Made by a program: the position numbers and the translations under genes. This document shows positions 49,640 to 61,470 of a stretch of 64,000 nt of DNA, in pieces (the first letter of the stretch is position 1; every line of letters begins with the position of its first letter). The stretch is from the NCBI RefSeq assembly GCF_030028105.1, contig NC_092378.1:35148715-35212714 (forward strand). The letters run 5' to 3'. A model generated the notes under the pieces. That model saw only the letters and a list, made by a program, of their open reading frames with translations, searched no databases and was not told where the DNA came from. The DNA comes from Mobula birostris (taxonomy: Eukaryota).

Positions 49640-49900
49640 GAGTAGCACAGTAGTGTAGTTAGTAACATAACGCTATTACAGCTCCAGAAACACGGGTTCC
49701 ATTCCGCACCATTTGTAAGGAGACGATATGTTCTCCCCATGACCGCATGAGTTTCCCCTGGATGCTCCAGTTTTCTCCCACATTCCAAAGCCTTAGGTTA
49801 ACTGGTCACATGGGGATAATTAGGCTGCGAAGGCTCATTGGGCCAGATGGACCTGTGACTGTGTTGTATCTCTAAATAAAATAATATAAAATAAAAATAA
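49640..49900 (+). mobile_element. V-SINE (HE1-like)
   Basis: tRNA-like head (gtagcacagtagtgtag...gggttccattcc), V-domain gttctccccatgaccgcatgagtttcc...ccacattccaaag, (TAAAA)n tail. Confidence 0.8.
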
Positions 49901-51303
49901 ACTTATTTTCTTCAGGCCTCAATGCAAACTCAATCTCGCAGCTACTAAATTTACCCTCACACTCATCTGCATGAAGCTGTAGCAGACTTTCTTTTAAACA
50001 CTGGAGTTGTAGTTAACCCCATGATAAATTTTGGAATTTGTGTCTACTTCACTGCTTCAACACCCACCTCATTTGGAGCCGAAATCTTCCTCCCTGCCTC
50101 ATTCACTCCTGGGCTTTCTTGTGAAATTCTTTGGATGATTTGTCTCATTAAAGTATGCTGTAGGAATGCCGGTTGTTGCACAAGGATCTGACCTGTGCCA
50201 CACTACGTAACATGTTTTAACCACTGAGTAATGGCGCTAAGAGCTACATGCTGAAGGATATAAAGAGAGGCAGCATTGTTAGCAGTTTGGATAAAATCAT
50301 TAGATTAAAACAAGAGATTAATATGAATGGACAGAGCTTGTGCATTTTAGTATAGGTGTGTGTTAACCTCTCCACCTTGGACCTAAAAAATCAGAATACT
50401 TTAGATCCAGTGGGGTGCATTATCAGAGGGGATTGGTGGGGTGTTGGCAGGTGGACAATGTGCTACAATTTTAATAAACTATTGACCACTCCTGGAATGT
50501 AGTGAATAGGTTTAGTGGGAAAGGGTTTACCAGAAGGATACATGGTCAAGGGTTAAATTAAAGTTTTTAAAAAGACATTACATTATGTTACATTTCCTGG
50601 AACATGGAAGATATTAAAATGATTAGTTTGAAGTTCCCAAGATGCTAAAGAGAACAAGCAAACAACCTAGGATTAAGTCTAAAGGCACAATCCGAAAATT
50701 ACAGCTTTATCCTCCAAGACCTGTTCGGAAATATTTCTTTTAAAGGTAGCAGAGCTTTTGGAACACTTCTGCCAAAACAGTTGATGTTTGGTCAATTGTA
50801 AATTTTATATTTGAGGTAAATAGCTAATCAAAACTTTTGCCAGACCCAAACAAAGGTAAATATATGGAGCTGGAAGACGGGTGTTTATAATCTTATTGAA
50901 TAGTGGAACTATTAAATTGTGAGAAGCTGAATGGCCTTAATTCCATTTCTGAGAGTTTTCTTTGAAAATATGGTTTGTTTTACTGCAATTTCCACTGAGA
51001 TTGTCTCAAAAGATTATTCCATTCTCTTAAATAGACAGTAGAAAATAGTAAAACTGGTAATGTACCACATAAGAAATTTCATCTGCACTCAGTATTTGAC
51101 TCCTTAAGGTTCATGTAACAATAGGTTATTTCTTGCATTTTTCAGAGACTCATTGCAAGCTGAATCCTGTCTATAGAGAATTATTTGTCTTCAGATACCC
51201 CAACCGTGACAGATTCCCAACCAAAAACAAGTCTCATGCATGTTATGTTAAGCAGATATATACTGAGCCTAAAACAGCCACAATTGCACTGCAGAAGAAT
51301 CGA

Positions 51304-51839
51304 GACCCCAAATACATTAGATTGTCTTACTGTTGTTAAAAATCATTTGAATAGTTATTTTTCCTATGACTTCATCCTCCTTAATCAGATAGGATAGCTA
51401 GGTCCAAACTCAAAAAGTATAGTTACTAATTTCCACTTCCTCCTCCACCACTGCCTCAACAAATGCTGAATTCCTAATTGTGTTTGTTGAGACGTGGATC
51501 CACTCCAATTTTCCTACCGGTCCATAACAGATGCCATCTCTTTGGCTCTTCATTCAACCCTGAAACATTTGGACCCCAAATACATTAGATTGTTTTACTG
51601 TTGTTAAAAATCATTTGAATAGTTATTTTTCCTATGACTTCATCCTCCTTAATCAGATAGGATAGCTAGGTCCAAACTCAACAAGTATAGTTACTAATTT
51701 CCACTTCCTCCTCCACCACTGCCTCATCAAATGCTGAATTCCTAATTGTGTTTGTTGAGACGTGGATCCACTCCAATTTTCTTACCAGTCCATAACAGAT
51801 GCCATCTCTTTGGCTCTTCATTCAACCTTGAAACATCTG
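51304..51839. repeat. Tandem duplication, 2 x 268 bp
   Basis: Copies start at 51304 and 51572; about 7 substitutions counted by eye. Confidence 0.95.
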
Positions 51840-52295
51840 GACAGCAAAGATACATTACATCAGAATGCTTTTATTGACTACAGCTTGGCATTCAATGCCA
51901 TCATCCTCTCAATTCTAATCAATAAGCTTCAAAACCTTGACCTCAATACCTCTTTGTGCAATTGGATCCTTGATTCCCTCACTTACAGACCCTAGTCAGT
52001 TAGGATTGGCAACAGCATCTTCTCCATGATCTCTGTAAGCACAAGTACGCCACAAGGCTTTGTGCCTTGCCCCCTGCTCTGCTCGCTTTACACATATGAT
52101 TGTCTGGCTAATCACAGCTCCGATGCCATATTCAGATTTGCTGACAACAACCTCTCACTCAACATCAGCAAGATCAGAGAGCTGGTTACTGACTTCTGGA
52201 AGTGGAAACCAGAGGTCCATGAGTCAGTCCTCATTGGAGGATCAGAGGTGGAAACACCAAATTCCTCGGTGTTACAATTTCGGAGGACATCTCAC
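51758..52295 (+). mobile_element. Rex1/Babar-type LINE internal fragment (its first ~80 bp are duplicated at 51490-51571)
   Basis: ORFs 51762 (DPLQFSY...DYSLAFNAI...LCNWILD) and 52026 (TPQGFVPCPLLCSLYTYDC...FRFAD). Confidence 0.85.
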
Positions 52296-52619
52296 ATCTG
52301 AGACACAAATTCCATTCTGGACTCCAGATGGAATCCACTAGACCAGCCTCAGGGCCATTTATCCCATTCATTTAAAGAGGGATTTTCATCATGGAAATTA
52401 GATGAAAAGGTAATCCCGGTGATTTATTTTAAACACATACTTTTTTAAAAGTTTTAATAATCCCTTATTACTTTTATCTTCTGAAATAGTTCCTACTATC
52501 TTACTTTTTTCAAGAAATTTTAATAAATTTGACCTTTTGCAGAATATTGATGCTCGAAAACTTCTTATAAAGTCGTGACAGGTGAGGCCCCAACCCCACC
52601 TTTCAAATTTTATTTTTAT

Positions 52620-52885
52620 TAGCTTTTTGAGCCGCGCCACACCACCCCAGCAACCCCTGACAAACCTGATTAACTCCAACCTAATCGTGGGACAATTTAC
52701 CATGACCAAATAACCTACCGGGTACGCCATTGGACTGTGGGAGGAAAATGGAGGACCGGGGAAATCCCACGTATTCCACAGGGAGGATGTACAGAGAGTC
52801 CTTACAGAATGGCATGAGATTTGAACTCCAATCTCACTTAGCTGTAACAGCATCATGCTACCCACTACACTACCATGACACCCCA
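52620..52885 (-). mobile_element. V-SINE (HE1-like)
   Basis: Reverse complement of the head, V-domain and 3' part (ggacaatttaccatgaccaa) is homologous to 59465-59700. Confidence 0.75.
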
Positions 52886-55800
52886 TGCAACAAGTCTGTT
52901 CTAGGTGTAGGGCCTCAGCGTACCACCTGAGGGTTGCTTGCTGAGACACACGGCCTCACTAGATTCCCCCTTGGTGTGAAGACTGAATTCATTTAACCCA
53001 TGTACGTGCAGGCAGATGAGAGCCATGTGTAGAAAGTCCTGATGATTGAGAGAATCTGCTTGTTTGAACCTATTACATAGTTGATGATTTAAATTAGGTG
53101 CCCGCCAGTATTTGTTCTGTAGTCTTGCAGATCATGACTGGGATAACAACATATTCTGCAACCAGTATTTGTCTACGGAATTGTCAAATATGTGGTAAAT
53201 AAAAGCAAGTCTTCACCTACTGAGAAGGTCATCAGTAAGGAACTTGAAAAAAATTAGTCAAATATCTAAAACATTTTAGGCTCTGTTTCCCCCTCAAAGT
53301 TCATTAGTATGTCTTCTTGGGGTCTGACAAAGTGAGACTTCAATTAATGCCTGTTGTGTAGACACATTTGATTTGGGTACATATCCTGTTATTGTTCCTG
53401 CTCGCCAGGCTTCTGAACTGTAAAAAAGAAAAGGGATGAAAAGTTTCTCACCAAGATTAGTTCTCACAATTTCTACTTGCTGCACTCAGTCTTCCCAAAA
53501 CATTGACATGACTCGTTCCAGCTAATTAATTCAAGAGATGTAGAAGAATGGAAGGCACTACTTCTTCATTTCAGGTGCCCCATTTCTTTCATTTATTTCA
53601 TCTGCTGTGGAATGTGTTGGTGATTTAATTGATAGAAGTAAAGTGCATGCCCTTAATTCTTTTTAGTTCTGCTCCTTTCTTTTCTGTCTCTGAGACTCAT
53701 TTCATTTCCAGCTGTTATTGGTCTCCAACCATACATGTTCTGAACTCTGCATCCAGGCAACTGCATGGCTCAATATATACCAGACCCCTGGAGTGTTTAA
53801 AGATGATCGATTTTGCATTCTTGCCTGCAACAAGTATTTGCCAAGAAGACAAATAGGTAATGCATATCTGAGTAACATGTTTTCTGTCATAAACTTGATT
53901 TAAATCAGCTTTAGAAATTTGGCATCTTGTGTTTGCTTATGCTATTAATAGCCAGTTTATGAAGCTATAATTCATTATAATAATTTTAAAACAACAGACT
54001 CAACTTGTATTAATTTGTGTTCACAATTATTGTTAAAACTTAATTTCCAACAAATTCTCAGTGACAAATTATTCAAATCTTTCATTGTTAATTATTTTGT
54101 TTTCCAACTAATGCTTAATGAAATGCACATTTAAAGCATGTATATAAAACAAACTACTTCATACTTCTATTCTGCCTAAATCAAAGTAAATTGTCAATAC
54201 CAGTCAGCTGTGTTTCGTGTGATTTGGTCATGATTTGTTGGATTTTGCAGCCAAGACAAATTTCCCGGCACCGTAGCCACCATCCAGTTTGTGATCAGAC
54301 ACTCCTAAACCTCATTGCTGTCCAGCCAGTAATGTACCTCACACAAACATGTACTATTCTTACAGTAAGGCAGAAAATGAAAGTGTTTTGTGGGGAGACA
54401 AATCATGATGTGCTTTGGTTTTCAAATGGAAAATGTGGTGCTTTCAGATTAAAATCATGCTGGTTCCTTTATTGTAAGTGGCTTTTGATTCGGTTGGATT
54501 AATTCTCCTGAAAAGCAGGACAACAGCCCTGTCCTCCACACCAGGGATTTAATGTCCAAGAGAGTTGTGCATGCTCATGAATTAAATCGGTCCCTATCAG
54601 TGTTTTGAGAAGAAAAAGAAATGGCCTTGTTAAATTTCTGAGCGTGAAAGTCAGTTGTCATCAGTCTTAGGGCATTCTTTCTGCTTCCTTAGATAAAAAG
54701 GCAAGTTCCTAATTTCTTGTGACAAATAATGTAAGGCTCTAAACGAAGGCAACTGCTTCTCTTTTTGTATCCCCTACCTCCATCACTCCCTCATCACCAT
54801 ATTCATCACTGCTTATCCTTACTAACACATGCATTCATGAGAAACTGGGAGAGAGATTTTCAGAGAAATATACTAGAGTGCTTCATGGTTATTTCAGACA
54901 TTAATTTAAATCAGCCATGGTTTTAAATTTTAGATGGTTGGGTCGAAACAACTTTAAAAACAGAAAAGGATATAAATTTAATAACATACTAAATATGAAA
55001 GCTTCTTATGTTTCCAAGAACTGTGGATACTGCGGAACTATGACCTCCTCCTTCTTAGGCAATCCCCTGGGTTTGAGGATGGCTTGCTTCTATCCAGTAT
55101 GGGCATTGCAAACTTGCCTCATCAATGAGATAGGAGATACCTGACGCACATGAATAGTTTGAGCTAGTACGCTCCTTTTGACATTTATATTTACGTTTGT
55201 AGATATCTCTCCATGTGCACCTGGTACATGGAGTGTACATTCTCAGTGCTGTCCAGAATGTTCCTCCTTCACTTTGAACAATGGTAATCCAGCAATTCAT
55301 GAGTTTGTTGGGATGTTATATTTTTTCAAGGTTTTTAACATATTCTTGAATCTCTACCATGGAATGGAAACAATGATTCATTTGTAAAGTAGTATTTTGA
55401 TGTAAAAAAAATCCCCTCAAAAATATTTATTTGTTTATTTTGAACTTCCAGTATCATGCCTAAGGTGTCAATGCAGTTTATTGTATTGGGACAAGGTGCA
55501 GATATGCATGTTTATTCATAACTTCCAACATTCTCTGCTGCTCATTGTTTTTGGTTACTTACTATGCCAGAGTTTGACTTTCATATAATTCTTCTAATTC
55601 ACCGTCAGAGAGCTAAACTTTACAGCTCACTCTGACTCCATAGTGGAAAATCCTGTTCTAAAACTGGATGACAGAAATCAGGCACAAAAATAGGAAACAA
55701 ATGTCTGTGGTAGCATGGATGCATTAAAATATATGGTTAACTGACTGTGAAATATTGGTAAAATTAAAATATTGTGGAACCTTGGGGAAAGAATAAGGAG

Positions 55801-57921
55801 TTGGAAATTATTGAATTGTTCTTTAGTGCAAAGACACAGCCATGTTGAGCGTTGTTCCATGAAAATACTCCATAGTAGCCGGGGTATTTAAATTTAAGAT
55901 AATTTAAATGTTTTGAACTTTTTTTTTATAAAAGCTAGACTCAGTAGTGGTATCCATGTCTGGATTATTTTAAAATTCCATATGATTAATTCCATGACCT
56001 CCAGTAAAGGCCAAACTCAATCAGTCAAAGTATCCATCAATGCAATTGATGCTTAACTGTCTCCTCAGTTCAGGGGAGATTAGGGTTGGACAACAAGTAC
56101 AGTGAGTGAATAAAGAGTTGATTTGCTGGGCTGGTAAGGACAAGGACCACACAGAAGAGTTAGAAAGTTCTACCTTGCTGTCAGCTTGGTGGCACAATTA
56201 TGGAACTGAGGCAGCAATATGGTTTATGGAGACTTGGCCTGGCATTGGTTGACAATACACAGATTCAGACTGGAAAGTGGAAAATAGTGAAGCAGACACA
56301 CAGCTTCTGCAAGGAGGGTCCAGACCGAGCAACCATCAATCGAACTTTCAGTAACCTATAGTTTGGAAATGGGCAAGATGGATTCTGGTGGCATAGTGTA
56401 TGAGGAAAGAGAGAATACTTACACAGTAAATGTGACAAATAGAGTAGAAAATGCATTGGAATGTGAATAACAAAAAATAAAGGGAAATAGTAAACAAGTC
56501 AAAGTGGATGAAATGTAAAATCAACAAAGGAAATACTAAAGGCTAGAAAACAGAAAATACGAGAAAATAGAATCAAAGTCCAAGCAATACCAAGACTTGT
56601 GTTGTCATCTGTGAGCATAAACAGAAAGTGGAATTGTGGCCATCAGTTAGTGAATGGAATGAGGAAATTCACTTGTATGTGCTTGAGTGACAAAATACTC
56701 TGACTAATCTTAACAAATGAGTGACTCTTTGATTTGGCATTAACTGCATTGTGAATATCACTTAGAGATATTACTCAGTAGTTATTGTCCAAAGTGTTAG
56801 GCAATGACCTGGCAGGAGCTCTTACTGCTGTCCAAGGTTCTGATCTGTATTAACTTATGAAGTCCATAGCTTCCATGAGTGTGCACACTCAAGATGCTGA
56901 TTCATGCTACACATGGTCAGCAAATGAGTTTTGAGATGGAGTACAATTCAGCATGTATGTTTGGAAGTGTCTTGACAGGGATAAATGTGGCTGATTGGCA
57001 AGATGCTGGCTGTCAGACAAAAGTGGATAGAAGAGCACGATTTCCCTTGGCATAAATTAAATGGAAGGATTATTTTTAACAAAGTAACATTAGTATCATT
57101 TATTTTATTGTCAATTACATTTCTTAATTTCAGATAACCAGTAGAAAATAAATAACAAGAAGCATGTTCGTACAAAATCCACACATAATACCAAATTGCA
57201 TTATAACAATTATAACTTATTAGAAAAGGTCAATGACAGGTGAGAAATAATGTAAGTTACTTTTTGTGTCTAAAAAAAGCCTCAAGTTACTTACCCAAAC
57301 AAATGGTGCTCACAAAATATGAATGAGCACACCAATATTATGCTGTATTACCAGATGTAAATACATTTGTACATACACGTGTATATTTGTTATTGTACAT
57401 CTGCTAGCAATTCTTTCCCGGTGGGACATGTGTACAACTGAAAATAATCTTCAAAGGGTACTTAATTGATTGAAAAATTCTTTTGTATGTCCAAAATAAA
57501 TGTTCTTTTTCTGTACAATTATGGAGCATGTTATTTTAAAAAAACATATAGTATAGGGTTGTGGTTACATATAGACCAGTAAGCATTTGTAGATACGCTT
57601 AGTCAATAGTTTAAATCTTAGACATTTCTTTGTTACTTATCTTTAATGGTTCTAGCTTACAAATGCTGGACTTTTATCTCCTTTTCCTAAACATCCATGA
57701 ATCAGTATCCTTAATTTTTGTATATTCTTTTACTTTTAAACAGACATGGTAAGGCTTTGTATTCCCACCAAAGTATAATTTAAGAGAGATAACTGACCTT
57801 TGCAAGAAAACAGGCTAGTAATATAAGGCAACAGCTTTGACCGACCTGACGTATGAAATTAATGATGAAGAAAGGGATAAACTAACACAGAAATTGGATG
57901 GAAAAATAAAGAAAACTCTCT

Positions 57922-58294
57922 CACGGTGGTGTCTGAAAAGAGGATGCTGTCTAAGTTGCATGCCATCTTGGCCAATGTCTCCCATCCGCTACATAATGTA
58001 CTGGGTGGGCACAGGAGTACATTCAGCCAGAGACTCATTCCTCCAAGATGCAGCACAGAGCGTCATAGGATGTCATTCCGGCCTGTGGCCATCAAACTTT
58101 ACAACTCCTCCCTTGGAGGGTCAGACACCCTGTGCCGATAGGCTGGTCCTGGATTTATTTCATAATTTACTGGCATAATTTACATATTACTATTTAACTA
58201 TTTATGGTTCTATGACTATTTATTATTTATGGTGCAACTGTAACGAAAACCAATTTCCCCCTGGGATCAATAAAGTATGACTATGACTATGACT
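57922..58294 (+). mobile_element. Rex1-type LINE 3' end, young
   Basis: ORF 57926 VSEKRMLSKLHAILANVSHPLH...RCSTERHRMSFRPVAIKLYN; aataaag(TATGAC)n tail. Confidence 0.8.
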
Positions 58295-59145
58295 TAACGT
58301 GATTTGCTATAGGAGGGATTCATACCAAGTACAGAATAATGACTGGGAAGTTCTCACAAGTGCTCCGTGAAGTAATCTGCCTGTCTATCCACTGTTCTTG
58401 GCTCCTGGGCCATTTGGTCATAGTTGGTCTTGATAATGCTGAAGAATCTACACATAGTTAACAGTAAATTGCTGGATCTCGAGCAACCACCATCCATCTT
58501 TTCCTAAATTCCACCCACCATCTTTTCCTAAATTCATGGGTTTTCTGTTGAACCTCAGGCTTCAGATGCCTGTGGAGCTATTTCTTTCCTCTTTACGTGT
58601 GGTGGAAATTCCAGTCTACAAATACCTTGTTTTTGCATTTTTTAATACCAGACTTCCATATCAAAGAGCTTGGCTCAAGGGCAATTCTTCCATGTCTGAC
58701 TTGCATTTGCAAGTCTTTTAACATTTCAAAGGCATGAAGGAACTGTGTAATTAGCACGTGAGAATATTCAATTTAAAATCCAACAGCATCCATAGATGTG
58801 CATATGGCCCAAGACAGAATCTGTGCATTGTTTTTCTTCTTTCAAAGGAATGCAGCTAATTTAAATAATATTTTTAAAAATATATAATAGAGTGTAGATC
58901 GTTTCAAATGATACAGAATATTCAAACTTTAACTATAACTAAAGGTTCAAGATTGTTTAATGGCATTTCCAGTACACAAATGTAAAGGAGAACAAAATAA
59001 TTCTTATGATTGTAACATTAAGTATGATTAAAGAAATATATGTATAAAGGTTAAAAAAAATTGTTTAGTTGATTTCAACTCTTATACAGTATGTGCTTTC
59101 GCTATGGTTCCAAGGCAGTAAAGTAAGGTGTTAAAAGCAGTAATG

Positions 59146-59285
59146 CAAACAACAGGAATACTGCAGATGCTGGAAATTCAAGCAACACACATCAAAGTTG
59201 CTGGTGAACGCAGCAGGCCAGGCAGCATCTCTAGGAAGAGGTACAGTCGACGTTTCAGGCCGAGACTCTTCGTCAGGCTGCGATC
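59146..59285 (-). mobile_element. Single-arm Penelope-like end element with a 13-bp TSD
   Basis: Near-identical to 36173-36307; TSD aaaagcagtaatg at 59133-59145 and 59286-59298. Confidence 0.88.
59244..59280 (-). ncRNA. Minimal type I hammerhead ribozyme motif (core intact, stems weakened)
   Basis: Minus strand CAGC-CTGACGA-AGAGTCTCGGCCT-GAAAC-GTC-GACTG. Confidence 0.55.
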
Positions 59286-59464
59286 AAAAGCAGTAATGTA
59301 TGTATTTGTTTTTGAGCAACTATAGATTGTACAATTTTCTTTCTCTATGAACGTTCAATAATGTTTCTCACTCAAAATGCTGAAGGAACTCAGCATGTCA
59401 GGCAGCATCCATGGGAATGGACAGTCAGCATTTCAGGTCACGACCCTTCCTCGGGATTCATGCC

Positions 59465-60535
59465 AGGGGTGGCATGCTAGTGTAGTGGTTAGCTGAACGC
59501 TTTACCGTACCCGCGACCTGGGGTTCAATTCCTGACACTGCCTGGAAGGAGTTGATACATTCTCCCCGTGACCGCGTGGGATTCCTCTGGCTACTCTCGG
59601 TTCGTCCTGCACTCCAAACACGTCCTGGCTGGTGGGTTCATTGGTCATTGTCAGTTGTCCTGTGATTAGGCTAGGTTAATTCGAGGGTCGCTGGGTAGTA
59701 GGTTAATTGGTCATTGTCAGTTGTCCTGTGATTAGGCTAGGTTAATTCGAGGGTCGCTGGGTAGTAGGTTAATTGGTCATTGTCAGTTGTCCTGTGATTA
59801 GGCTAGGTTAATTTGAGGGTCGCTGGGTGGTAGGTTAATTGGTCATTGTCAGTTGTCCTGTGATTAGGGTAGGTTAAATCGAGAGTCACTGAGTAGTAGG
59901 TTAATTGGTCATTGTCAGTTGTCCTGTGATTAGGCTAGGTTAATTAGAGGGTCGCTGGGTAGTAGGTTAATTGGTCATTGTCAGTTGTCCTGTGATTAGG
60001 CTAGGTTAATTCGAGGGTCGCTGGGTAGTAGGTTAATTGGTCATTGTCAGTTGTCCTGTGATTAGGCTAGGTTAATTCGAGGGTCACTGGGTAGTAGATT
60101 AATTGATCATTGTCAGTTGTCCTGTGATTAGGCTAGGTTAAATCGAGGGTCGCTGGGTAGTAGGTTAATTGGTCATTGTCAGTTGTCCTGTGATTAGGCT
60201 AGGTTACTTCGAGGGTCGCTGGGTAGTAGGTTAATTGGTCATTGTCAGTTGTCCTGTGATTAGGCTAGGTTAATTTGAGGGTCGCTGGGTAGTAGGGTAA
60301 TTGGTCATTGTCAGTTGTCCTGCGATTAGGCTAGGTTAATTCGAGGGTCGCTGGGTAGTAGGTTAATTGGTCATTGTCAGTTGTCCTGTGATTAGGCTAG
60401 GTTAATTCGAGGGTCACTGGGTAGTAGGTTAATTGGTCATTGTCGGTTGTCCTGTGATTAGGCTAGGTTAATTCGAGGGTTGCTGAAGGGCTGGAAGGGA
60501 CTACTTTGCACTGCACCTCAATAAATAAATAAATA
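59465..60535 (+). mobile_element. V-SINE with an internally expanded minisatellite, inserted into a PLE
   Basis: Box A gtgtagtggttag, box B gggttcaattcc, V-domain, array, then aagggctggaaggg...(AATA)n tail. Confidence 0.85.
59634..60485. repeat. Minisatellite, ~12.9 x 66 bp
   Basis: Unit aggttaattggtcattgtcagttgtcctgtgattaggctaggttaattcgagggtcgctgggtagt; 66-bp period from 59634 to 60426. Confidence 0.97.
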
Positions 60536-60536
60536 A

Positions 60537-61470
60537 GGTGGGGGATGGAAAGGAGGACACACTAGAGGTGATAGGTAAGGTGAGGTGGGTGGGAAAGGTT
60601 AAAGGGCTGAAGAAGAAGGTATCTGATAGGAGAGGAGAGAGGACCATGGGAGTAAGGGAAGGAGGAGGTGATAGGTAGGTGAGAAGAGGTAAGAGGCCAA
60701 AGTGTGGAATAGAAGAAGGGAGGGAATTTTTTTTTATATAAGCAGAAGGAGAAATCAATATTCATGCCACACAGGTGGAATCGACATTCATGCTACACAG
60801 ATGGAATATAAGATGTTACTCCTCCTCCCTGAGGTTGGCCTCAAGTGGAAGCTATGGAACAACATGTTAGGAAGGGAATGGGAATGTAGAGGAGCCCGCA
60901 TTGGCAGCACTGAATACAGATTCTCAGTGAAGTGTCGCCTCACCTGGAAGGACTGTTTGGGGGCCTGAATGGAGGTGAAGGAGGAAGTGAATGGGCAGGT
61001 GTAGCACTTTGGCTGCTTGCAAGGATAAGTGCTGGGAGGGAGATTAGTGGGGATGGATGAATGGGCAAGGGAATCATGGAGGGAGCGGTCCCTGCGGAAG
61101 CAGAGGGTGGGGGAGGAGGTAAAGATGTGTTTCGTGGTAGGATCACTTTGGAGATGGCAGATGCTTTGTGACAGTGGATGGGAGTTCTCCAGAGTTGATG
61201 AGGTCAGTGATGGTGTCGGAGATATCAGTGATGGTGTGGACTGGGGTCCCCTTTAAGGGGTAGATAAGAGAAGGTGTCTAAGAGTTACCACTTGGCCTCA
61301 GTAAGGTAGAGGTCCATCCACTACCTACAACTGCACCCCCTTTGTTTGCGGGTTTGATGGTAAGATTGGGTTTGGTTTGGAGAGAGTGGAGGGCTATGCA
61401 TTCAGAGGAGGTAAAGTTTGAGGAGGCATGAGAAGTGCTGAAACTGAGACAGTTGGTGTCCTGTAGACAA
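60537..61470 (-). mobile_element. Penelope-like retroelement, decayed (its 3' end continues at 59368-59460)
   Basis: Minus strand encodes PSTYPCKQPKCYTCPFT...PKQSFQVRRHFT (Cys-rich linker before the GIY-YIG domain); homologous to 63930-64000. Confidence 0.75.

Noticed and set aside
58487-58535. Short duplication ccatcttttcctaaattc x2
   Set aside because: An ordinary local slippage duplication with no further structure.
59634-60485. CRISPR-like 66-bp periodicity
   Set aside because: The whole unit repeats with no unique spacers, and it derives from the surrounding SINE.
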